Notes under the pieces: model-generated
The model's database searches: none
The model's input: the letters and a program-made list of their open reading frames with translations, nothing else
What the model was told of the DNA's origin: nothing
DNA from: Octopus bimaculoides
Lineage: Eukaryota
NCBI RefSeq assembly: GCF_001194135.2
Contig: NC_069003.1
Location: forward strand, 13,259,894 to 13,310,297
Direction: 5' to 3'
DNA length: 50,404 nt
Made by a program: the position numbers and the translations under genes
Shown: in pieces, positions 37,465 through 48,435 of the stretch
Layout of the letters: each line of letters opens with the position of its first letter
How positions within the stretch are numbered: the stretch's first letter is position 1

Positions 37465-38477
37465 CTAGCTGGTGTACCTGGTAATTCCCGGGGGTAAAGA
37501 TGTTCTATTGAAACACCTTATTACTCTGATATAAGAAAGCAATTTCATTATAACTGCCACAAAAGGTGTATTTTCCATCATGAAAAAGTACAAAAAACTG
37601 TCAGCTGGAGGAGGAAGAGATTGTCGGAGGTTGGCAAGAGAGGTTTCCAGAGGTTGGCGAGAAAGATTCTTGGAGGTTGGTGAAAAAGGTTATATAAATA
37701 TGAAGTCACTACAAATATGTTGTGGAATAAAAAATTTATCTACTGTCATGGAAAAAGTGTAACTGTAAAAATGCAGAATTATCGGAGTAATGGGCATTCA
37801 AAAAAGTATGTATGTATAGAAATGTATGAATGAAGTCTTTAAGGTTTAAGATTCAAATTAAGGAAGTGCAATAATAATACTTAGCAGTTCAAAACTGTGA
37901 GTAGGGAAATGCAGAATCAGGTCGGCTGATCGTGAGAATCAAATATTGATTGCTTAGCTAAAAACTGCAGATGGCATGGGTTCTTTCTCTTGGGTTGTTT
38001 AAATAAATTATTAGTAATATATAGTAGATAGAAGGCTCCATTGGAGGGGCCCTATTATCGATTTTTTTCAACAATCTAAGTATGTCACGAGGTTTCTAGA
38101 CAAGTGTTTTACTCACATGTCAAATAAAGTGATATTGTCTGCAAAAATTAGAAATTGGACACACAAAAAAAATCAATATTTAAAGTAATCAAACATAAAC
38201 AATGAAATGGGTTATTTCCCTTCTGTGTTTAAAAAATATTGTGCAGGTGCTATGGGTTATTTCTCTTGGGTGTTTAAAAAAAATTAGTTATATGAGGTAG
38301 ATATAAAGGTCCCTTCCAGGGGCTGTATTATTGAGTTTTTTCAACAATCTAAGTATGTCACAAGGTTTCCAGACATGATTTCTACTCACATGTCAAGTTT
38401 CATCAAAATCAATAAAACGATGTAGGAGGAGTTAGCTAACAAACAAACACACACCAATTTTCCACATATGTAGTAGA
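37465..38477 (-). mobile_element. Non-autonomous Helitron (~1 kb)
   Basis: Minus strand reads A|TCTACTAC...gtgtgtttgtttgtt at the 5' end (38477). An imperfect GC hairpin CCGGG-aatta-CCAGG lies 8 nt before CTAG|T (37468-37465). Inserted in an AT dinucleotide, the canonical Helitron termini. Confidence 0.75.
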
Positions 38478-38532
38478 TATACACACACACATATATATAC
38501 ATATATATGTATGTATGTATATGTATATAAAT

Positions 38533-38566
<34 letters not shown>

Positions 38567-38656
38567 GTATATAACTCACTGGAACCTGAATCATCGTCTT
38601 CATACTAGTTGTGCTCCAGCATGGCTACAGCCTTTGAGCTGAAATATATAAAAGAA

Positions 38657-38738
<82 letters not shown>

Positions 38739-38752
38739 TATATATACACAAC

Positions 38753-38892
38753 AAGCTTCTTTCAGTTTCCATCTGCCAAATCTAGTCAAAAGACTTGGGG
38801 ACATAGTAGAAGACACATGCCTAAGATGCCATTTAGTGGGACCGAACCTGGAACAACGTGTTTCAGAAGCAAACTTCTTACCACACAGCCAC
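38753..38892 (-). mobile_element. SINE family A head
   Basis: agcttctttcagtttccatctgccaaatc...ccacacagccac. Confidence 0.8.
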
Positions 38893-39349
38893 ATCTGTAA
38901 AGGATTNNNNNNNNNNNNNNNNNNNNNNNNNNNNNNNNNNNNNNNNNNNNNNNNNNNNNNNNNNNNNNNNNNNNNNNNNNNNNNNNNNNNNNNNNNNNNN
39001 NNNNNNNNNNNNNNNNNNNNNNNNNNNNNNNNNNNNNNNNNNNNNNNNNNNNNNNNNNNNNNNNNNNNNNNNNNNNNNNNNNNNNNNNNNNNNNNNNNNN
39101 NNNNNNNNNNNNNNNNNNNNNNNNNNNNNNNNNNNNNNNNNNNNNNNNNNNNNNNNNNNNNNNNNNNNNNNNNNNNNTTTTTGTCTTTTCAATATCTATT
39201 GATATTTAGATAACAATAACTTCAATCAAATTCTTTTGAAATATGTTTGCATATTTTCATGTGTGTATGTATGTGTGTAGGTATGAGATGAGAGAAAAAA
39301 ATGGGAAGAGAACAGTAAAAAATGGAGAGAGAAAATAGTATGTAGGAAT

Positions 39350-39550
39350 TATATAAGTGTGTGTGTGTGTGTGTGTGTGTCTGTGTTTGTCTCCTCATCA
39401 CCACATGACAACTGGTGTTGGTGTGTTTAAGTTCCCATAACTTAGCTGTTTGGCAAAAGACACCAACAGAATAGTTGGTTCAATACATTTGACTCAATCC
39501 TTTCCAGGTGGTGCCCCAGCATGGCCGCAGTGTGATGGCTAAAATAAGTG
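39350..39550 (+). mobile_element. SINE family A 3' half
   Basis: gtctgtgtttgtc...acaactggtgttggtgtgttt...ggtggtgccccagcatggccgcag. Confidence 0.75.
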
Positions 39551-39586
39551 ACTGGTCAGACATATACACGAATGTATGCATGTGTG

Positions 39587-39618
<32 letters not shown>

Positions 39619-39713
39619 CCGGAGTAAGCACATAAAACGTGCAAGAAGGTGGTAAAAAGAGTACTCAAATACCAGAGGTAGAGTAATATGCTTTATTGAA
39701 AAGCAGCAGAATA

Positions 39714-39770
39714 TAACAAAAGACTGTTACTCGGAGTTTCACATTCCCATTCATCGGACAGTTTTGTTAG
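39714..39770 (-). ncRNA. Type-I hammerhead-ribozyme-like motif (family P1, core CCGAUGA)
   Basis: ACUGU-CCGAUGA-AUG GGAA UGU-GAAAC-UCCGA-GUA-ACAGU. Perfect 5-bp stem I extendable to 12 bp with a bulge, GNRA loop II, GUA triplet. One core deviation (U4 to C). Lies in a 39620-39776 repeat homologous to 40515-40665. Confidence 0.6.
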
Positions 39771-40149
39771 AAAATCNNNNNNNNNNNNNNNNNNNNNNNN
39801 NNNNNNNNNNNNNNNNNNNNNNNNNNNNNNNNNNNNNNNNNNNNNNNNNNNNNNNNNNNNNNNNNNNNNNNNNNNNNNNNNNNNNNNNNNNNNNNNNNNN
39901 NNNNNNNNNNNNNNNNNNNNNNNNNNNNNNNNNNNNNNNNNNNNNNNNNNNNNNNNNNNNNNNNNNNNNNNNNNNNNNNNNNNNNNNNNNNNNNNNNNNN
40001 NNNNNNNNNNNNNNNNNNNNNNNNNNNNNNNNNNNNNNNNNNNNNNNNNNNNNNNNNNNNNNNNNNNNNNNNNNNNNNNNNNNNNNNNNNNNNNNNNNNN
40101 NNNNNNNNNNNNNNNNNNNNNNNNNNNNNNNNNNNNNNNNNNNNNNNNN

Positions 40150-40337
40150 GACACGTAAAAGCACCCACTACACTCTCTGAGTGGTTCGCGTTAGGAAGGG
40201 CATCCAGCTGTAGAAACTCTGCCAAATTAGATTGGAGCCTGGTGTAGCCATCCGGTTGCACCAGTCCTCAGTCAAATCGTCCAACCCATGCTAGCATGGA
40301 AAGCGGACGTTAAACGATGATGATGATGATGATGATG
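40150..40337 (+). mobile_element. SINE-like family C 3' part with (GAT)n tail
   Basis: aggaagggcatccagctgtagaaac...ccatgctagcatggaaagcggacgttaaacgatgatgat. Another tail fragment lies at ~34775-34840. Confidence 0.7.
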
Positions 40338-40349
40338 ACACATATATGT

Positions 40350-40752
40350 AGTTGAAATTTACAGAAAAGCAAAAGACGAAGACAGGTGTATAAACAACAA
40401 GCAGGTGTATTAGTCTGATGCTCGGGAAGGTGAGGAAGTCTTTTACGTTTTGAGCCTATGCTCTTCAGCAGAAAGGAACACGTGGAAATAAACAGAGAGA
40501 GAATAAAAAACACATAAGTAAGCACATAAATGCAAAACAAAAGGGAAAAAATTAGTACTTGAATACTGGAGGTGGAGTAATATGCTCTTTTATTAAAGCT
40601 ACAAAAACATCACAAGAAACTTGCTCAGAGTTTCGCATTTCCGTTTGTCAGACAGTTGTGATCAACATTAAGAGTTTTGATCACAACTGTTCGATGAACG
40701 GAAATGTGAAACCCTGAGTAATTTTTTGTCATGTTTTTTGCAGTCTTAATAA
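40350..40752. mobile_element. Composite Penelope-like terminal fragments with three degenerate hammerhead motifs (two on -, one on +)
   Basis: A P2 motif at 40440-40475 (-), a P1 motif at 40616-40657 (-) and an inverted P1 motif at 40685-40720 (+). Confidence 0.55.
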
Positions 40753-40774
40753 AAAAAAGTATATATACATACAT

Positions 40775-41062
40775 AGCCCCAGGCTGACCAAAGCCTTGTG
40801 GGTGGATTTGGTAGACAGAAACTGAAAGAAGCCTTTCGTGTACGTATGTGTGTATGTGTGTGTCTGTGTTTGTCCTCCCCCCAATATCGCTTGACAACCG
40901 ATGTTGGTGTGTTTATGTTCCTGTAACTTAACAGTTCAGCAAAAAAAACATCAATAGAATAAGTACTAGGCTTACAAAGAATAAGTCCTGGGGTCGATTT
41001 GCTCGACTAAAGGTGGTGCTCCAGCATGGCCACAGTCAAATGACTGAAGCAAATAAAAGAAA
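40775..41062 (+). mobile_element. SINE family A lacking its head
   Basis: gaccaaagccttgtgggtggatttggtagacagaaac...ggtggtgctccagcatggccacagtcaaatgactgaa. Confidence 0.88.
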
Positions 41063-41475
41063 AAAAACAATAATATATATATGTATGTATGTATGTACGT
41101 ATCAGACGTTAACTCTACCAGTATAGTTACCCACTCTCAAGACTTGCATTATAGTCCCACATAATTCACCATACAAACATTTGTTGAGCACTTTTTGGTA
41201 AAAAAATGAAAATATCTAGTTTAGATCATGAATAATGTAATCTGTAGTGAAAATGGGGGCAAGACTTCCGCCCGTCCCCACCACAAAACCACCCTTTCTT
41301 AAAAAATCTTTTTTTTTCGACACAAACCCCCCTTTTCGGCTACGGGGAATATGAATCTGCAAAAGAAAATTGAAAAAAACCAACATTTCCAAAATGTGTA
41401 ATTAAACGTTATACACACATTGACACACGTACATACATATGCCTGTACTAGCACGAATGCAAACATACACACACG

Positions 41476-41510
<35 letters not shown>

Positions 41511-42449
41511 TGAGAGATAGACAGTCAGTCAGACAGAGAGAAAGCGAGAAGGAGAGAGGTTGAGAGAGAAGTTTACAGATAGATATACAGATAGATAGAC
41601 GACAGAAATATAGCTGGGCAGATGATTAATATAACACGATTACAATTGTTACAATGTAATCGAAAGATTGTATGACTCAAGCCTTGGTTTATTGATTTAA
41701 GAACGTTGATAAAGTCACCAGATTTTTTCCAATGAAAACATCGTATTTATGTTTTCATTTATTTTCGTGGTAGCCACGTAACACATACGGATCTGCCATC
41801 AAGGAAAACCTTTGCCTGTCCTATGTATCCTGTCCTTATATGATACACAGGATATAAGGACATATTTCCCTGTCGTCTATGCATCATATATATGTGTTCC
41901 CAGTATTTTTTTTTTGGGGGGGGGGAGGTCAACCACCAGAATAATTTGGAACTTGCGAAATAAGGGCTAACTAAAATTCTGAAAGCAAGCACGGATGTTT
42001 AGGACAAACTTAAGAAAATGCTTTGGACAAAGCAGAAGGGTAAAGGAAGGGATCAAATTTGGAGTGTTTGAGAGAGCTTGCTTTTACCTAAACCTGAGTT
42101 ACGGCGAAATTGTCACAAAAAGCAAATATGATATGTATTTGAGATATTTGATAAAATGTTTACAAATGCTTTCCAACCATGTGGTCTCAAGTTCAGTCCC
42201 ACTGAGCGCTGTGTGTGTGTAAATTTATATGCACGCTAATTTGTTTACATCCAGTAATGTAGTGGTTCGGGAAAAGGAACTGATAGAATAAGTACCAGGC
42301 TTTAAAAAGATAAGTAATGTGATCGATTTGGTATTCCAGCATGACGACAAACAAGCCATGGGAGCAAGGTAGGAGCCACAACTCAACATTTACAGTAAAC
42401 AAAAACAAGTGAAGAGTATTTCCTGAAGTATCAAATATTCAACTCAGAT

Positions 42450-42645
42450 TTTTGTCACAAGGCCAGCAAGTTCAGAGAAAGTCAATTACAACGACTCCAG
42501 TGTTCAACTAGTACTTTCTTTATCTTTCCCCTGAAAGGATGAAAGGCAAGGTTGAGTTTGGCGGAATTTGATCTCAGAGCGTAAGACGGACTAAATGCCA
42601 GTAAGCATTTTGCTCGGCGCACTAACATTTCTGCTAGCTCGCCGC
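42450..42645 (-). mobile_element. SINE family B
   Basis: cacaaggccagcaa...ggatgaaaggcaaggttga...gatctcagagcgtaagacggactaaatgcc...ctgctagctcgcc. Confidence 0.8.
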
Positions 42646-42807
42646 CTATACAATAGATGTTTGGATAATTGGTTTTTATTTAAATATTCTATATAAAAAT
42701 AGTGTCACAAAAAAAAAAAGAGCTTATTAGCAAAAGGGTGGACGTCATTGACGTACGGAGTTACTCGAACGGTTTAAAAACAGTAGCCAAATCTAAAAAT
42801 TATAACA

Positions 42808-42957
42808 TAAAGACTATTTGCCAACATAATGTGGCAGTCCTGCATGGGACAAATGTTACCGTTGTTTAGGCCCAGGAAACGTCGTTTCCAGGTGGCTAAA
42901 CAACAGTAACATTCGTCCTATCAAGGACAACCACATTATGTTGGCATATAGTCTTTA
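42808..42957. repeat. 150-bp near-perfect palindrome (foldback element)
   Basis: Arms 42808-42880 and 42884-42957, about 85% complementary by manual alignment, with a 3-nt centre and TA at both ends. Confidence 0.85.
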
Positions 42958-43223
42958 CTTTAAAGTACTGTTACTGAATATCTCTTTTCGGGAAATTTAG
43001 AAATAATAATGTTTATATCTAAAAATTATAGTTGCCATTGAAAAAAAAAAAGGACATATTTGTGTGATTTATGCAGTCTTAGATACACTGTTTGACATTT
43101 CAAAGAATAACAAAAATACAACGGATGGTCACTATTGGAACGCTTTTGATCGTAGGTCAGTTTGATCTTGGTTGATCTAGGGCTAATCAGCAACAATAAC
43201 ACCAGCAAAACACTCGTCCATAT

Positions 43224-43643
43224 CCGGCATACCTACACAAGTGAGCCTTTCACTCGAATTTGTTACTTTATAACTTCTTGGAAAATGGATATTTTTCAAT
43301 GAAATTTTGTACACATTTTTTAGTTCGTGTATATTCCGAGTAAATTAAAATAATTTTATGTGAAAAAAAAAAAAGAAAAAGAAAAAAAGACTGGTTGGCG
43401 CGCATACATAGACACAACAATTTCTTTCAAATTTACGCGTTTCATTTTATAGATAAATATGTGTGTCAGTTTGTATGTCTCCGCGCCCATCGTTTTCTTT
43501 TTAAATTAGATTTCGATATAATCGTAATCTACACCATCTGAAGGATATTCGTAGAAAATTACATTAAAAATATCGATTTTTCTGCAAGTTGTGAGGGAAC
43601 AAAGACGGATAGGGGAAGTGGGGGGCACTTGTGTAGATATGCC
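43224..43643. mobile_element. Foldback MITE, copy 1
   Basis: GGCATACCTACACAAGTG ... CACTTGTGTAGATATGCC ends, plus subterminal inverted arms at 43268-43325 and 43529-43595. Confidence 0.65.
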
Positions 43644-44052
43644 TATACATAATAGTATGTGGAAACCCGTCCTATTGAATAGATAATGGGTCAGCTGGAT
43701 CTAAACTAACCTTGGGCTAAACAACAACGCCTTGGAAATGTTCTGACCAGATCCCTACTCCCTTCTCTCTCTCTTAGTAGTTACGGAACGAAATCAAAGG
43801 CTTAATCTCTATATATACGCAACATTATCTTTTTCTTTTGATGCGGCTCTTTGAACAAATGTCTTCTATCCATTAAACCTCGGATTCACCAATATCTTTA
43901 CGTTAACGGTTTCGGTGAAAGAGAGAAGGCTTTAAAATAGATACTAGGGTCGATTAATTTGACTAAACCCTTCAAGGCAATGCCCAGGCATACTATCCAC
44001 ACACCAATCTGAGGCCTTGTATCTATATAATTGAAATTACAATAATATAATG

Positions 44053-44262
44053 GAGCTGGAAGAATCATTAGCGCGTCGGGTAAAATGATTAGCGGTGTTT
44101 CGTCCGTCTTTACGTTCCGTGTTCAAATTCGGCCGAGGTCGACTTTACCTTTCAACCCTTTCGGAGTCGATAAAATAAGTACCAGTTGAACACTGAGGTT
44201 GATGTAATCGACTTACTTCCTCCCCGACCCTGAAATTGCTGGCCTTGTGCCAAAATTTGAAA
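44053..44262 (+). mobile_element. Well-preserved SINE family B
   Basis: gaatcattagcgcgtcgggtaaaatgattagcggtgtttcgtccgtctttacgttccgtgttcaaattcggccgaggtcgac...gccttgtgccaaaatttgaaac. Confidence 0.9.
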
Positions 44263-44504
44263 CGAATACAATGGAGGTTTCCGATTAGCTAAAATTACGT
44301 AATTTTAAATGCAAAACTACGTCTGTACAGAAAATTTTGAAATCTGGTGAAAATTTGAAATATTTCTTGTAATAAAAGACCCCCATATCAATGTGTGGAA
44401 AAAGTTGCTGAATTAGCATCGGTTGAGAGATTAAGCCTTTACTGTAAAGTAATGAAGAGTAACTTATTTCCTGCTATGACTCAATATGCTTTCTATCACC
44501 CTTA

Positions 44505-44705
44505 TAAGGCGGTGAGATGACAGAATAGTTAGCACGTCGGATAAAATGCTTAGCGGTATTTCGTCCATCCTCACGTTCTGAGTTCGACTTTACTTTTCAT
44601 CTTGGTACTATCGGGGTCGATAGTACCAGTTGAGCACTGGGTCGATACAATCAACTTACTCACTCCTCCGAAATTGCTGTTCTTGTGTCAAAATTTGAAA
44701 CCAAT
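44505..44705 (+). mobile_element. SINE family B (internal deletion)
   Basis: aggcggtgagatgacagaatagttagcacgtcgg...gtcaaaatttgaaacc. Confidence 0.85.
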
Positions 44706-45440
44706 ATACTTTATATCGTCTTCAGCTCACCCAATATCATAATGAAACCAAAACATCAAAGTTGAAACAGATGTTCAATTCAAATTATATATATGTATGT
44801 GTATGTGTGTGTATGTAAATATATATATATATTCTAACTATCCATATTAAAATTAAGTACAAAGTAAACAAGAACAACAGCACGCATATAAATAGTGTTA
44901 TCACGAAAGACCTGTAATCAGTAGACACAGCACTTTCTTTACTTAAATATAACAAATGTCACGGTGGCCCTCTAAATTTTTGTATGGGACACTTCTCAGT
45001 CAAACGACCCACCTTGTGTGTGACACTACCTTCACAAGCACATTTCACTTTTCGTGCACTTTAGAACGAATTAAAAATACTGCGGCGCCCTTTGACTTTA
45101 GTCAAAGAAATATATAATTAAAAAATGGTATTTATATATTTTGGCCGATGAACTTAAACCATAGAAAGTTATTTTGAGTATTTGCTGCACTTTAATAAAT
45201 GAACCGTAGTAATTAGAACTTGAACATATAGAATTTTCTGTTTGGAGATTTTTCACAATTTTTTCTAAATAGATGCCTTCTGGTATTAAGCAATGGCTCA
45301 TTACATTATGAGTTCAAATCTTGTAAAGGCCAACTTTGCCTTTAATCTTTCCCGGGTCGATAAAATAAAGTACCAGTGAAATACTAAGATCGATATAATC
45401 AGCTGTTGTCCCTCTCTTACTGGCTTTGTTCCTATCTCAG

Positions 45441-45597
45441 CAGAGCCGCCTTAACAACACTACAGATCCCCCAAGCACAGCAATGTGCTGGAACCCCAAC
45501 AAACTCAACTATTGCATACATAAATTTGCATTGGGTCCTCAGGCCCGTGGCACTTCCGGGCAAGTGCCCAGTGTGTCCATGTCTTAAGACGGCACTG
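45441..45597. mobile_element. Small hAT-like MITE
   Basis: TIRs CAGAGCCGCCTTAA and TTAAGACGGCACTG (12/14 complementary). No TSD recognisable. Confidence 0.6.
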
Positions 45598-45599
45598 GC

Positions 45600-45730
45600 G
45601 TGAAGGCGCATGGCCTAGTTGTTAGGCTCTTGCGATAGTGGTTTCAATTCCAGGACCGGGTGGTGTGTCATGTTCTTAAGCAAAACACTTAATTTCACAT
45701 TGCTCCAATTCATTCAAGTGTAAATTAGTA
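45600..45730 (+). mobile_element. tRNA-derived SINE head, family E
   Basis: gaaggcgcatggcctagttgttag (A box), ggtttcaattcc (B box), gttcttaagcaaaacactt module. Confidence 0.6.
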
Positions 45731-46954
45731 AGGTTACAACGGAGGGAATGTTATGATCTCGGTCATTTATATGCCACTGAGACTAAGTGACCGGCTCTGA
45801 GTCCTAGGTCTCCAGACAGAATTACTTATATCTCATGGCACATCAATGTGCCAGTGTACGGCTCTGTGAACTACTGTTGTAGAGTTAAGTATTTAGTACA
45901 GCGCTCCAACGGTTTTACTACCCACCATTTTATCACCGAATAAAGATTTCGGCAATCTTTCAAACATCGTACATACTAATATCATGGGTTAAGTGAAATT
46001 GCACGGATTGAGAATTTAAAAATCAGCAAAAAGTCAACAAAAGCAAACAAATAATCGTTAACAATGAGCAAAAATCGAGAATTAAAGCATCCAATTGATT
46101 TATTTCATTCTTTTTTAGGCATTATGATAGCCATACATGAAAAGTGAAAGTCTTCCTTTGGCAATTTCTGTAAGGAAGTCTTATTAATTTTATTTTCGGC
46201 TGAATCGCTTATGTTTATGTATTTAAAAAAAAATTCTGTGTATGTATTGTGTTTATGTGTGAATGTGTGTATATTTGTGTAAGTACTGTATGTGTATACA
46301 CAAATATACATGTATATACGCATACATTCACAAATATACATATATGCACATCAACGTATGCATACACAAAAAGTACATAAACACCAGCGGTTCAGAAAAT
46401 TGAGGAAATAGAAGCTTTTTTAACGGAAATTGATAAAGAAAGACTTTCACATTTTTTTTGGACTGCTATCGAAAGAAAGGTCTTTAAAAAAATAAATAAA
46501 TAAACTGAACGTTTTCAGAGACGAGTATAAGAATAATAACAATTTTATGATAGGTGCATAACCATTTGCATACGCATTAGCTATACATAACTTTCATTAG
46601 AAAGTTTTTTTTCCCTTTGTTCACCATGTATGCAAAAGATCGAAAGCTCACCGTTGTTTCTAACTTAGGTACATGGCAACACATGTTAAGAGCAGACATA
46701 TAGTTTAGGTGATCCTTGAGTTTAGACTACCACTTTTCATATTGACTGTTATTTGAAACACACAAAGATGAAAGTGATGTCCTAAACTCAAGGACCGCCT
46801 TACTCTGCTGTAGTAACTGCATCACGTAAGTTTAGGATATCACGATGAGTTTAAGGTACCACTTTTATAACTGCTGTTATTAACGACAAAGGTGAAAGTG
46901 ATGTCCTAAATTCCAGGATTGCCTTTGTTTGTTGTAGTAACCATATCACTTGTT

Positions 46955-47500
46955 TATTACATCGATCCCAGTACTTGAATAGTACTTTATTTCATCGACT
47001 CCAAAAGGATGGAAGATAATATTGACCACGGCGAGATTTGAACAGAACATAGAGCCAGAACAAATTCCACAACACATTATTTCCTACGCTTTAATGATTC
47101 TGTTCTAACAATCCTTTCTAAGGCCTGAAAATTTAGTGGAGAGGCCTTGTCGATTACAATGACCTCAGTGCGTAACTGGTGTTTATTTCATCGACCCCGA
47201 AAGGACAAAAGTCCAAGTCGACTTAGGAGGAATTTGAACGTAAAGACAGACGAAATGTTGATTAGCATTCTGGCAGCTCAGTGCCTTATTTCTGCTCTAA
47301 TAATAAGAATTACTTTTAATTTAAGTCCAGCGCTAACAGTTTTGAACGGAAGTGCTTGACTTGTACGTTATGTCGGTAGAATTTGAACCCAGAACGTAAA
47401 AAACTGGACGCAATATTGCGAGGCATTTCGTCCGTCGCTCTACCGATTCTGCTACTCTGTTGCCCTAAAGTAAACATTTCTGTCTGAAGGCACAAAGCCA
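46955..47500 (-). mobile_element. Cluster of degenerate SINE family B copies
   Basis: Repeated ttcatcgac.cc.aaagga...gatttgaac..agaac motifs. Confidence 0.7.
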
Positions 47501-47862
47501 GCAATTTTGATGGGATTTATACTATTAAATTGACTTTAGTATTCGAGTGGTATTTTATCAACCTCACTATTTGACTGGTACATCATTTTATTTACTCTGA
47601 ATGGATGAAGAGCAAAGCTAACTTTGGCGGGACTGAAATAACAACGAGAAGAGCCGTAACGAAATGCTGGAAGGTGTGTGTGTGTGATGCTCTAACAATT
47701 TGGGAAATTCCCATTAACATAATATGGATAATCTTTTATTTGTTTCAGTCATTTGACTGCGGCCATGCTGGAGAACCGCCTGAGCTATGGGATAGTTTAA
47801 TACCATAATACCAGAAATAATAAAACTATGTTCGTTCTTATTAAAATCTAAAGGTTTCAAAT

Positions 47863-48275
47863 TGTGCATACTCAGCGTGCACCCCCATGACTTTATTTCC
47901 TCATAACTTTCAGAAAAATGAATTTATTTTAATGAAACTTTCTACAAATACCTTTCAGAAGGTGTAGATTTCTATTGTATCGGAATTTAATGTGAAAAAA
48001 ATCCATTGTTGCGAGTACACACATTACGTACGTACTTGACACTCATCAATATATCTACAAAATACAACTTAAAATTTTGAAAAAAAAATTGTCATGTGCA
48101 TCATTATGTATGTGTGCGTGCCCATCAACTATTTTTTATATATTAAATTCCAATGCAGTCGCTCTCTATACCGTCTGAAAGGTATTTGTAGAAAATTTCA
48201 TCACAAAATATCTATTTTTTGAAAGCTATGAGAAAATTCGTAGTGGAGCGCGACACACAAGTTTAATTATGCCGG
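47863..48275. mobile_element. Foldback MITE, copy 2 (same family as 43224-43643)
   Basis: Inverted arms 47900-47967 and 48166-48232, e.g. ttctacaaatacctttcaga and tctgaaaggtatttgtagaa. Confidence 0.7.
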
Positions 48276-48399
48276 AAATTGTAGATGTATTATTTTATTT
48301 CGCCTATGCGAGAATTTCGCTTCATTTTGATTTCGTTTCTTTTTCTATTATCACTAAAGCTTGGTGTGTGACTGTCTAGCTATCTATCTACACACACAC

Positions 48400-48435
<36 letters not shown>

